Below, piece after piece: positions 52,755 through 64,000 of a stretch of DNA of 64,000 nucleotides. Both the position numbers and the translations under genes were made by a program. The notes beneath the pieces are model-generated. The model was not told the origin of the DNA and did not search any database. It was given only the letters and a program-made list of their open reading frames with translations. Source of the DNA: Malacoraja senta (Eukaryota); NCBI GenBank assembly GCA_038087875.1, contig CM075995.1:2668001-2732000 (forward strand). Direction: 5' to 3'. The number at the start of each line of letters is the position of its first letter. Within the stretch, counting starts at the first letter, position 1.

Positions 52755-54518
52755 CAAAAAGGCCAAACTGGAGGAAGAGACAGATGTTCGGCGGCCGTGG
52801 CAGGGCCTGAATGGAATCACCTCTTACAAGTCGAAATCAGGAGGCAGCTCGAATGTCGGCGAAACATCACTCCCTGATGAGCTCAATGCGTTCTACGCAT
52901 GCTTTGATAGGGAGAACACCGATGTGCCTTCCCGAGCCCCCATTCGCTGTGATGGTATTTCAGTCTCAGTCACAGAGGCCGACGTCAGGAAATCCTTCAG
53001 AGGGGTGAACCCTCGAAAAGTGCCTGGACCTGATGGTATACCTGGTCGTGTTCTAAAAACCTGTGCGGACCAACTGGCTGGAGTTTTTACGGACATTTTC
53101 AACCTCTCACTTCTGAGGTCTGAGGTTCCCACCTGCTTCAAAAGGGCATCAATTATACCAGTGCCCAAGAAGAGTAAGGTGACGTGCCTCAATGACTATC
53201 GACCTGTGGCACTAACGCCTGTGGTGATGAAGTACTTTGAGAGGTTGATCATGACGCAGATCAACTCCTACCTCGACAAAAACCAGGACCCACTGCAGTT
53301 CGCTTACCGCCACAACAGATCAATGGTGGATGCGATCTCGCTGGCCCTCCACTCCGCTCTGGACCACTTGGACAACAAAAACTCATATGTCAGGCTGTTA
53401 TTCATCGATTACAGCTCGGCATTTAATACAATCATCCCCTCCAAGCTGGTTACCAAACTCGCAGAACTGGGTCTCTGCGCATCCCTCTGCAATTGGATCC
53501 TCGACTTCCTCACTCTCAGACCACAGTCTGTTCGTATTGGTGGAAATGTGTCAGACTCGATAACAATCAGCACGGGAGCACCTCAAGGCTGCGTGCTCAG
53601 CCCCCTGCTGTACTCACTCTATACTCATGACTGCGTAGCCGGACATAGTGCTGACGACACCACTGTTGTGGGACGTATCACTGATGGGGATGAGTCAAAG
53701 TATAGAAGAGAGATCGAGCAACTGTCCATATGGTGCCAGCACAATAACCTGGCCCTCAACACCAGCAAAACCAAGGAACTGATTGTGGACTTTGGAAGGA
53801 GTAGGATGGGGACCCACAGTCCCGTTTATATCAACGGGTCGATGGTTGAAAGGGTCAAGAGCTTCAGATTCCTGGGCGTGCACATCTCTGAAGATCTTTC
53901 CTGGTCCGAGAACACTGATGCCATTATTAAGAAAGCACATCAGCGCCTCTACTTCCTGAGAAGATTACAGAGAGTTGGTTTGTCAAGGAGGACTCTCTCT
54001 AACTTCTACAGGTGCACAGTAGAGAGCATGCTGACTGGTTGCATCGTGGCTTGGTTCGGCAACTTGAGCGCCTTGGAGAGGAAAAGACTACAAAAAGTAG
54101 TAAACACTGCCCAGTCCATCATCGGCTCTGACCTCCCTTCCATCGAGGGTATCTATCACAGTCGCTGCCTCAAAAAGGCTGGCAGTATCATCAAGGACCC
54201 ACACCATCCTGGCCACACACTCATCCCCCTGCTACCTTCAGGTAGAAGGTACAGGAGCCTGAGGACTGCAACAACCAGGTTCAGGAATAGCTACTTCCCC
54301 ACAGCCATCAGGCTATTAAACCTGGCTCGGACATAACACTGAACTTTATTAGCCAATACTGTTATTTGCACTTTATCAGTATATTGATTCATGTGTGTAT
54401 ATATTTATAGAATGCCTTGTAGTCAATGCCTACTATGTTCTGTTTGCTGAAGCAAAGCAAGAATTTCATTGTCCTATCAGGGACACATGACAATAAACTC
54501 ACTTGAACTTGAACTTGA
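52755..54518 (+). mobile_element. Rex1/Babar-type LINE, 5'-truncated; open RT frame (52741-54336) with catalytic-loop deletion
   Basis: [45 protein letters not shown] and FLGV motifs; AATAAA plus (ACTTGA)n tail; no endonuclease domain. Confidence 0.95.
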
Positions 54519-55426
54519 GTTAAGAATATGTGGCAGGAATATACCAGAAAGGAGGTGTGAACGAGGTGACAGGTTTAGTATGTGTAGGAAGGAACTGCAG
54601 ATGCTGGTTTAAATCGAAGATAGACACAAAAAGCTGCAGTAACTCAGCGGGACGGGCGGCACCTCTGAAGAGAAGGAATGGGCGACGTTTCGGGTCGAGA
54701 CGAAGAAGGGTTAAGGGTTTTGACCCCAATTCCTTCTCTCTGGTAATAGGTTTAATAGTCTGATGGAAGCGGGGAATAAGCTGCTCTTAAGTCTGGATAT
54801 CGGGGGTTTCAAGCTCCTGTATCTTCTCCTAAACTAAAGGGTAGGAGAAAGAAACTAGAAAGGCCAGGATGCCAGGCGTCTTTGATTATACTTCCAATCT
54901 TCCTGAGGCAACGCAATGTGGAGATGGACTGGGTGGAAGGAACTGATGAGCCTGTGATGTACCTCCTTGCCTATGGAAAAAAACCCAGTTATATGGGCTA
55001 AACACAGGCAGGTGGGACTCGTGTAGATGTGACATGTTAGCCGGTGTGGGCAAGTTGGGCCGAAGGGCCTGTTCCCACTATGACTCTTCTTGCTCTTCTC
55101 TTCTTGGTCCTTTCTTTCCTTTTCTCATCTCTCCTCCTTTTTTTGCTCGTGGTTCTTCTCCCTCCATTTCCACCTTCCTTTTCTTGCTACTATTTTCTTC
55201 TTGCCCTCTTTGTTTTACTCATTCCCTCCATCCCCTTCGCCTCATTCCTTCATCTCCGTGTCTTCTATCTCCAAACATTCTACAGCAGGATGGGCATCTT
55301 ATTCACTATATTTTGTGACATTATTCATGACTCCACTGAGATGATGAATTTATGGTGGACAAATAATGCTCCCTGTTCTTTACTATTGGGCCTCAAGTTT
55401 TTGAAGTGACGTTGAACAAATGTGTT

Positions 55427-55702
55427 CACGGTGGCGCAGCGGTAGATTTGCTGCCTTACAGCGCCAGAGGCCCGGGTTCGATCCTGACTACGGGTGCCAT
55501 CTGTACGGAGTTTGTATGTGACCTGCGTGGTCTTTCTCTGGTTTCTTCCCACACTTCAAAGACGTACAGGTTTTGTAGGTTAGGTGGCTTGGCAAAATTG
55601 TAAATCGTCCATAGTGTGTGCTGGATAGTGTCAATGTGTGGGGATCGCTGGTCGGCGCGGACTCGGTAGGCCGAAGGGGCCTGCTTCCGTGCTGTGTCTC
55701 CA
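55427..55702 (+). mobile_element. tRNA-derived SINE (HE1/V-SINE type)
   Basis: A and B boxes, central domain, tail. Confidence 0.88.
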
Positions 55703-56704
55703 AGAATTAAAAATAGACTATTTGGTGTTAATGCAACAGAAGAATAATCCCCTCTTCGCCTACATCCCCCTGCGTTTTCTCGAGGATCATCTCTGTAACA
55801 AGATATCGTTGAAAGTTGGAACCCATGAGGGCCGGAATGGGCCTCATTGGTTTAGGTTTAGAAGCATTGTTTTACGGTGAGGGGGGAAAGATTTAATAAG
55901 AGCCGCAGGGGAACTTTTTCACACAGAGGGTGGTGGGTGTATGGAACGAGCTGCCAGAGAAGGTAGCTGAGGCAGGGACTATATGAATTTGGACAGATTT
56001 AAGGATAGGAAAAGTTTCTAGATACATTGGCCAAACATAGGGACGATTTATATTTTGTGTTTTGTGTTTTTTGTACTTTGTATTATTTTTGTATTTTGTA
56101 TTCTTTGTGTTTTTATGACTGTTGGCAGATCAATTTCCCTCCCTGGATACATTAAGTTCTATCGTGTCATATCGTATCGTATTGTATCGTAGGATGGGGC
56201 ATCTTGGTCAGCATGTGCACGTTGGGCTGAAGGGCCAGTTTCTGTACTCCATGACTCTAGGACTCTATGACCTATTCATGTTCCCATGTTCCTATGTCAC
56301 TGAAAGTGCAGGTGATGTTTCAGCCACAGCAATGAATACACGGACATACAATGTGGTCAGTTCATGTGGGCAGTGACTACAAAAGTTCATTCCGTGAGGT
56401 AGTGTGGAAGAAATTATCTCCTTCATGGTTATTGTTCATAATCCAAGAGTGCTCATTAACCTTGTGAACTCCAATGATGAAGTTAAACATAACGTGGCTC
56501 TGGTTAAGAAAGCACAGTTTGTAATTCTCAATCAGAATTTTGGAAAAGTTATCTTGGGTCCATGCCAGGAATGTTGGGTGTATGTGAAATATCCTGAATG
56601 CATTTTTTTGCATTTAGTAAATAAATCCAATCCCCTATCAACATTGTCATGGAATTTTAACCTCACCTGCACAGATGGTTGATGTAGAACAATGTTATAA
56701 GGTC

Positions 56705-56987
56705 CACAAAAACGCTGGAGAAACTCAGCGGGTGCAGCAGCATCTATGGAACGAAGGAAATAGGCAACGTTTCGGGCCGAAACCCTTCTTCAGACTGATG
56801 GGGGGTGGGGAGAAGAAAGGAAAAAGGCGGAGGAGGAGCCTGAGGGCTGAGGGATGGGAGGAGACAGCCCGAGGGCTGAGGAAGGGGAGGAGACAGCAAG
56901 GGCTAGCAAAATTGGGAGAATTCAATGTTCATGCCCCCAGGATGCAGACTCCCCAAGCGGAATATGAGGTGCATTTCCGCTAAATCT
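56705..56987 (-). mobile_element. Penelope-like 3' fragment with pLTR and 15-bp TSD
   Basis: CAATGTTATAAGGTC at 56690-56704 and 56988-57002; hammerhead-variant motif at about 56765-56795. Confidence 0.8.
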
Positions 56988-57509
56988 CAATGTTATAAGG
57001 TCATAAGGTCATAAGTGATAGGAGTAGAGTTTGGCCATTCGGCCCATCAAGTTTACTTCGCCATTCAAGTAAACTTTTAAACGGAGAGGGGAAAGATTTA
57101 ATAGGAGCCTGAGGGGCAACTTTTTAACACGATGGTGGTAGGTATATGGAACGAGCTGCCAGAGGTGGAGGTGGGTCCTATTGCAGCATTCAAAAGACAT
57201 TTTGGGAAGGAGATAGAATTGAGCAATGTGGGAGCTATAAGGATGGAGGCTGTGGAGGGGAGATTGCCAGAGGTGATGAGATCGGTGATAGTCCAGACGA
57301 TGATGGTCTATGTGGGTCAAGATCAAGGGGCAGGTTTGAGGAAGTTTGGTCATTAGCTAAGGAGGATTCAAAGGTCTCTGTCAAGGCTCCAGCAATCTCC
57401 TTCTTTGCTTCCTCCATTAAATGGGGGAGATCTCATCAGGCCTTGGGAAATGATTCCACCTTAATGTTTTTCACCCATCCAACACATCTTCCTTCTCAAT
57501 ATCGACCTG

Positions 57510-58550
57510 CCCTAGACTATCAACATACGCCCAGATGTCCTCATTCTTTAGGGAACGGGGATTCCACTCTCCCATCATTGATGAGGCCCTCACATATGTC
57601 TCCTCGGTACCCTGCAGCTCCGCCCTTGCTCCCCTCCCCCGAGTCGCAACAGAGACAGAGTCCTTACCTTCCATCCCATCAGCCATCGCATGAAACACAT
57701 AAACCTCCAAAATTTCTGCCACCTCCAACGGGATCCCACCACTAGCCACATTTCCCCATCTTCACCCCTTTCTGCCTTCCCTCCGCAACTCCCTGGTGAA
57801 CTCATCCCTTCCCACCCAAACCACTCCCTCCCCAGGTACCTTCCCCTGCAACTGCAGAAGATGCAACACCTGTCCCTATACCTCCTCCATCAACTCTGTC
57901 CAGGGACCCCAAAAGTCCTTTCAGGTTAGGCAGAGGTTCACTTGCACCTTCTCCAACTACATCTACTGTGTCCTTTGTTCAAGATGTGGGCTCTTATACA
58001 TCGGCGAGACCAAACATAGCCTGGGCGATTGTTTCGCGGAACACCTTCGTTCAGCCCGCCTGTACCTACCGGATCTCCCGGTTGCTAAACACTTTAATTC
58101 TCTTTCCCATTCCTACACAGACCTTTCTGTCCTAGGTCTCCTCCATTGTCAGAGTGAGGCTAAATGCAAATTGGAGGAACAGCATCTCATATTTAGCTTG
58201 AGCAGCTTACAGCCCAGTGGTATGAATATTGATTTGTCTCACTTCATGTAGCCCCGGCATTCCCTCTCTCTCCATCCCTCCCCCACCCAAGTCGCACTAG
58301 CTTCTCGTTTTCATCCAACAAACAGCTTACAATGGCCTGTTTCCTTTATCAACGTAATTTTTTTGAATGACTTCCATTCATTGTTCTTTATCTCTACATC
58401 ATCGTCTATACCTCTCGTTTCCCTTATCCCTAACCAGTCTGAAGAAGGGTCTCGATCCGAAACGTCACCCATTCCTTCTCTCCCGCTGAGTTACTCCAGC
58501 TTTTTGTGCCTATCTTCAGTTTAAACCAGCATCTGCAGTTCCTTCCAACA
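57510..58550 (+). mobile_element. Penelope-like retroelement, 5'-truncated: GIY-YIG endonuclease + 3' UTR + pLTR
   Basis: ORF 57796-58251: C..RRCNTC..FTCTFSNYIYCVLCSRCGLLYIGET..EHLRS..VAKHFN..LEEQHLIF..PSGMN; hammerhead-bearing pLTR from 58437. Confidence 0.93.
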
Positions 58551-58746
58551 CATCAACACACTCCTCCTTGATCTCATCATTGTCCATTCCTTTCTCCTTG
58601 GTAATACTGATACAAAGTACTCATTAAAATCCTCAACTACTTCCTCTAACTCCATGCATAAGTTCTCTCCTTTGTCTTTGTGTGGACTTACCCTTCCCTC
58701 AGCTACCCTTTTGCTCTAATATGTGTTGGTTCAGAATTTTCTAAAT

Positions 58747-59167
58747 CAGGGGTCGGCAACCTTGTTTTGCATCGGGGCCAGGAAGCATGTCTGTGAGCGG
58801 ATGATGGGCCACATCTATCACGTGTACACATGGATCCCGCCCCCATCCCGCCCTAGATGGCAGGCATCAAATCACGTGTTCACAGAAGATAGACAAAAAT
58901 GCTGGAGAAACTCAGCGGGTGAGGCAGCCTCATGCAATCCTTGCATGTCTCACCTGCTGAGTTTCTCCAGCATTTTTGTCCACTTTCAATTTTGCCAGCA
59001 TCTGCAGTTCTTTCTTAAACGTGTTCACAGAAGGTGCGCGGCCGTGCCGGCGGCTTTGCGCAGGATGCGGTACGACCAGAGCTCGGCCGCGCTCGGCGCT
59101 CGACGGGCCGGATGATTTTGGGTTACGGGCCGCATTTGGCCCAGGGGTCGTCGGTTGCCGACCTCTG
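58747..59167. mobile_element. hAT (Charlie-like) MITE with 8-bp TSD
   Basis: TIRs CAGGGGTCGGCAAC / GTTGCCGACCTCTG; TTCTAAAT at 58739-58746 and 59168-59175; contains a nested pLTR fold-back (58889-59018). Confidence 0.93.
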
Positions 59168-60268
59168 TTCTAAATGCTTTAGAATTTTCCTCAATTCTAC
59201 TTGGATGTTTCATGACTCCTTTTAGCCATATACATTTTTTGTTTATGTTGGGTCCTGCTTTCTTTATATTCCGCAATGGCAGTGTCTGATTTCAGCTTCC
59301 CGAACCTTACACGTGCTTCTTGGGTCTTTATAACTAAACTTGCAAAATCCTGTGTCATCCAAGATTCCTGAACCATGTCATTCTTATATTTCATTCTAAC
59401 AGGAACTAAGTGGTCCTGAACTGTAACCAACTGGCCTTTAAACTACTCCCACATGTCAGATATGGATTGAACCCCAAACAGTCATTCACTGTCTACTTTT
59501 TCCAGTTCTTGCCTAATACTGTTGCAATTAGCCTTTGCCCTAATTAAGCACTTTCACCCTTATCTATTGCTATTTTCAAACCAATGCAATAATAGTCACT
59601 GTTCCCAAAGTGCTCCCCCACTGAATCTTTAATCTCTTGGCCTGGCTCATTCCCCTTTCCAAGGTCTAGTACATCCACATTCCTGGTTGGACTATCTATA
59701 CTTCCACTGACTCCATTTATACCTCACACTGCCTCGTCAAGGCCAGCAGCATAATCAAGGATGAGTCGCACCCTGGCCACTCCCTCTTCTCCCATCTTCC
59801 CATCGGGCAAAAGGTACAGAAGTGTGAAAACGCACACCTCCAGATTCAGGGGCTGTTTCTTCCCAGTTGTTATCAGGCAACTTCCACTACTGGAGAGCAG
59901 TCCTGAACTACTATCTACCTCATTGGTGACCAATGGACTATCTTTCATCGGACTTTACTGGCTTTACCATGCGCTAAACGTTATTCCCTCATCATGTATA
60001 GTCTTTCCACTGACTGGATAGCACGCAACAAAAGCTTTTCACTGTACCTCGGTACATGTGACAATAAACTGAACTGAACTAAACTGACAACAGACACAAA
60101 AAGCTGGAGCAACTCGGCGGGACAGGCAGCATCTCTGGAGAGAAGGAATGGGTGACGTTTCGGGTCGAGACCCTTCGGTTTAAACCTGCATTTGCAGTTC
60201 CTTCTTACACAATTTGTGAACAAACTGACATATTGTTTCAATAAACTCTCCTAGATGCACCTAACTAA

Positions 60269-60878
60269 AGTCCCACGGGTTTGCGGTCGTTGGCGGTGAA
60301 GCGCGGCGTCGCCGGAAGAGGGGACCGCAAGGCAACCACGAGAGCGCCGCATGGATGCTGCGCGAGGGGCCAAGTACGGCCGGTTCAACGAGCTTGCGGT
60401 TTCGGCTGATGACGTCTTTCGGATCGCGGGGCTGTGGCGGCGGTCGTGCCGCACACGTACCTCACTGGCGGTGGCTGTGGCGGCGGCCGTGCCGCACACG
60501 TACCTCACTGGCGGTGGCTGTGGCGGCGGCCGTGCCGCACACGTACCTCACTGGCGGTGGCTGTGGCGGAGGCCGTGCCGCACACGTGCCTCACTGGCGG
60601 AGGCTGTGGCGGTGCAGGTTCGACTCACGGCGCTCGTGCCTCACTGGCGGCGGCTGTGGCGGTGACCGTGCCGCACTCGTGCCTCACTGGCGGCGGCTGT
60701 GCAGTAGGAACATATTTTTGGACAGTGTTGTTTTTTTTTAGCACCGTGCGGTGTTGGGAACAACGCCGAACGGCCCCGGAATTGTGCGTTTGACCGAGCC
60801 CGCGGTCTCTGGCGGCCCAGGAGCGGTAGATAGTTCCTGTTTCGCCGCCAATGACCGCAGACTCGTGAGACAGGCCTT
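60269..60878. mobile_element. PIF/Harbinger-type MITE family A with expanded 42-bp internal repeat
   Basis: Homology to 25164-25593; right TIR intact, left TIR partly deleted. Confidence 0.85.
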
Positions 60879-60896
60879 AAATTCTGGCTCTTCTAA

Positions 60897-61228
60897 TGGG
60901 CCTGTCCCACTTAGGCGATTTTTTTTTAGGCAACTACTGGTGAATAGTTTGCCGCCACATGTTTGCCGGTGGTCGCCGGGAGTAGTCTCCTCAGTTGTGC
61001 AAAAAGTTGTGGCATCTTTCTGGTCGCTGCTAAATTTTCAACATGTTGAAATTTTTTTTGCTGACAATAGGTTTGACACCAATGAGCGTAGCTTGACTTC
61101 TCCTGACGTATATGCTGTCGTAGGTTGTCGCCAGGATGACATAGGTTGACACCGATTTTTCGGCGACCTGCTACGACTATGACAGTCGCCGGCAGTTGCC
61201 TAAGAAATCGCCAAGAGGGACAGGCCCA
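60897..61228. mobile_element. PIF/Harbinger-type MITE family B
   Basis: TGGGCCTGTCCCACTTAGGCGATTT / AAATCGCCAAGAGGGACAGGCCCA; TAA at 60894-60896 and 61229-61231. Confidence 0.92.
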
Positions 61229-61542
61229 TAAGCCTCTGAAAATTAAAATGACCCAGTACAATAACTCTGTTTTTACATTTTTCGATGATCTGCCTGTTGC
61301 TCTAGATTATGTTGGTTATTGGATGGCCTATAATGTAACACTATTATTGTGATTGCACCTGTCTTATTCCTGGTTTCTATTCTAATGGCCTTGCAGGATG
61401 AACCCTCCAAGATGTCCTCTCTGAGTCCCTTTGCAATATTGTCCCTAATCAGTAATACAACTTCCCCACCACTTCTCCATCCCACTCTGTCATATCTAAA
61501 ACATCTGTACTCTGGAATGTAGAGCTGCTAACACTACTCTTC

Positions 61543-61838
61543 TTTAGTTTAGTTTAGAGATACAGCGCGGAAACAGGCCCTTCGGTCCACCGGGTCCGCG
61601 CCGACCAGCGATCCCCGCACATCAACACCATCCTCCACCCACAAGGGACAATTTTTACATTTATACCAAGCCAATTAACCTACAAACCTGTACGTCTTTG
61701 GAGTGTGGGAGGAAACCGAAGATCTCGGAGAAAACCCACGCAGGTCACGGGGAGAATGTACAAACTCCGTGCAAACGGAACCCAGGTCTCCGGCGCTGCA
61801 TTCGCTGTAAGGCAGCAAATCTACCGCTGCGCCACCGT
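61543..61838 (-). mobile_element. tRNA-derived SINE (HE1/V-SINE type)
   Basis: A box, central domain, tail, (CTAAA)n. Confidence 0.88.
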
Positions 61839-62093
61839 GACCACCCTGAACTAGGTTTCTGTAATGGCTACACCATCATACTTCCATTTACTAATCCAGG
61901 ATCTAAGCTTGTTTGCCTTATCTGCAACACTCCTTGCATGAAAAATATATACATGGGATCATTATTCCTGTTGTGTCGGAAGGAACTGGGTCTCGACCCA
62001 AAACGTCACCCATTCCTTCTCTCCAGGGATGCTGCCTGTCCCGCTGAATTGCTCCAGCATTTTGTGTCTATTATACCTGCTGTGTTTGTTATC

Positions 62094-62400
62094 CACAGTG
62101 GCGCAGCAGTAGAGTTGCTGCCTTACAGCACCAGAGACCCAGGTTCAATCCTGACTACGGGTGCCATCTGTACGGAATTTGCACGTTCTCCACGTGACCA
62201 CGTGGGTTTTTCTCCGGGTGCTCCGGTTTCCTCACACACTCCAAAAACGTCCAGGGTTGTAGGTTAATTGGGTTTGGTAAAAATGATAAATTATCCCTAG
62301 CGTGTAGAATAGTGTTAGTGTACGGGGATCACTGGTCGGTGCAGACTTGGTGGGCTGACGGGCCAGTTTGCACGCTGTATCTCTAAAAACTAAAACTAAA
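62094..62400 (+). mobile_element. tRNA-derived SINE (HE1/V-SINE type), full length
   Basis: A box GTGGCGCAGCAG, B box GGTTCAATCC, central domain, tail. Confidence 0.9.
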
Positions 62401-62939
62401 CACTCTTGAATCTCGACTCTCTTGGAAGCATCAATTTAACTGCCATTAATTTAAAAAAAATACTTTGAGGAAAACCTCAGAAGCTGGGGAGATTATCTAA
62501 ATCTCCTTTTGTGACAGGGTTATGGTCGAGAATCTATTTGGGGGAGGGATTGGGTGGTGCAGCCTTCATTATTTTATAAAGAAAACAGCTACTGGTATTT
62601 AGCCAAGTTCAAAAATTGCAGTGAACATTACTAATCTCCGAGTTAAATTCTTTGTTTATCAATATTATGCAGCTGCAAATTGAGCACATTTGTGACCCTG
62701 TACATGTTTAACGAGTGCTCCACAACTACAAGGCAGCTTGTTCGAAGGCTGTAACACAATGATGATTCACTCTGGTGTATTATGCACTTCATACTATCTG
62801 TTAAAGAGTGTAATCAAAACGAGCAATTGCATGTCAACACCACCGACAAATAGAATAGAATAATAATAGCAATTGGGTCCATTTTGGTTTGCGTCATTAC
62901 AAAACCGATGTATCTTTTTCTCAATTCAATCAAGCATAT

Positions 62940-63895
62940 TTGCCAAACACTTTAATTTCCCCCCTCCCATTCCCACACTGACCTTCTTCAAATTTGCATT
63001 TCTTGCGGTTGCAAGGGGAAGTGCCTGGAGAGGGGATGGTTCGGGTGGGAAGGGACGAATTGACCAGGGAATTATGGAGGGACCAAGCGTAGGCTAGGCG
63101 ATCGCTTCGCTGAACACCTCCGCTCGGTTCGCAATAACCAACCTGATCTCCCGGTGGCTCAGCACTTCAACTCCCCCTCCCATTCCGAATCCGACCTTTC
63201 AGTCCTCGGCCTCCTCCATGGCCAGAGTGAGGACCACCGTAAATTAGAGGAGCAGCACTTCATATTTCGCTTGGGCAGTCTGCACCCTAGCGGTATGAAC
63301 ATTGACTTCTCTAATTTCAGGTAGTCCTTACTTTCTCCTCCCCATCTCAGCTCTCCCTCAGCCCACTGGCTCCACCTCTTTCTTTCTTCTTCCTGCCCCC
63401 CCACCCTCACATCAGTCTGAAGAAGGGTTTCGGCCCAAAACGTTGCCTATTTCCTTCGCTCCATAGATGCTGCCTCACCCGCTGAGTTTCTCCAGCATTT
63501 TTGTCTACCCACACTGACCTTTCTGTCCTGGGCCTCCTCCATTGTCAGAGTGAGGCCCAGCGCAAATTGGAGGAACGGCACATAAAATTTCGCTTGGGCT
63601 GCAGTGGTATGAATATTGATTTCTCTATTACATCCCCTTTCTCTCCATTCCTCCCCCACCCCTCCCCCACCCATGACGTTGTACTAGTTTCAAAGTTGTC
63701 GTTGAGTCTCATTGTCTGTAACTTGTTTTCACCTAGCCCACAGCTTTACATCATTACATTTTTGCATATCTTTCATTAATTTATTCCATCTCTCTCTCTT
63801 GTTTCCCCTTCCCCTGACTTTCAGTCTGAAGAAGGGTCTCGACCCGAAACGTCACCTATTCCTTTTCTCCAGAGAAGCTGTCTGACCCGCTGAGT
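62940..63895 (+). mobile_element. Stacked Penelope-like 3' fragments from two subfamilies, each ending in a pLTR
   Basis: RRLGDRFAEHLRSV..VAQHFNS..LEEQHFIFRLGSL at about 63085-63320; second fragment ORF 63501-63779; hammerhead motifs at 63415 and 63824. Confidence 0.87.
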
Positions 63896-64000
63896 TACAT
63901 AGATACATAGATACATAGAAAATAGGTGCAGGAGTAGGCCATTCGGCCCTTCGAGCCTGCACCGCCATTCAATACGATCATGGCTGATCATCCAACTCAG

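Larger units (their letters stand above)
57350..61530 (-). mobile_element. Old CR1 ORF2 (endonuclease to linker region), fragmented by nested insertions
   Basis: 61273-61485 reads GGEVVLLIRDNI..IETRNKTG..HYRPS (APE-like); 57350-57440 reads EAKKEIAGALTETFESSL; intervening pieces at about 58560-58720 and 59170-59720. Confidence 0.7.

Noticed and set aside
52741..54336. 531-aa ORF as a host or domesticated gene
   Set aside because: Typical 5'-truncated LINE with its own tail, an ATG supplied at the junction with flanking DNA, and an active-site deletion.
55085..55270. Hydrophobic ORFs resembling a membrane protein
   Set aside because: Pyrimidine-rich low-complexity DNA gives Leu/Phe/Ser in every frame.
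55427..55492. tRNA gene-like A/B boxes (and the same in other copies)
   Set aside because: These are SINE heads continuing into the central domain and LINE-derived tail; no complete cloverleaf is evident.
56377..56682. Overlapping 78-aa and 92-aa ORFs in unique sequence
   Set aside because: No recognisable domain and no convincing splice-site pair.
62755..62850. C/D-box snoRNA reading of the duplicated block (TGATGA)
   Set aside because: The C box and CTGA D box are not both conserved in the two copies and no terminal stem is evident.

Overview
Repeat-dense eukaryotic DNA, most likely a cartilaginous fish (skate/ray/shark), inferred from HE1/V-type tRNA-SINEs, CR1 (HER1-like) LINEs and very abundant Penelope pseudo-LTRs. 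No complete host protein-coding gene is recognisable. A CpG-rich promoter with a first exon (~11.3-12.8 kb) and a candidate downstream exon (46281-46465) suggest the window is the 5' end and large first intron of an unidentified + strand gene. The rest is TE debris: CR1, Rex1/Babar, L1, an RTE-derived short element, Penelope, Tc1, PIF/Harbinger and hAT MITEs. Most notable: (1) about 25 copies of a Penelope pLTR carrying a minimal type-I hammerhead ribozyme motif, often inserted as TSD-flanked fold-back units with no ORF; (2) a 6.8-kb Helitron-like element carrying a duplicated cassette of a 40-bp satellite plus CA-rich tract; (3) a TSD-flanked 423-bp RTE-derived short retroposon; (4) two unexplained diverged non-coding duplications, each about 14.5 kb apart. 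There is a 200-N gap at 32804-33003. Family names come from recognising motifs by eye, not from database searches, and TE fragment boundaries are approximate.
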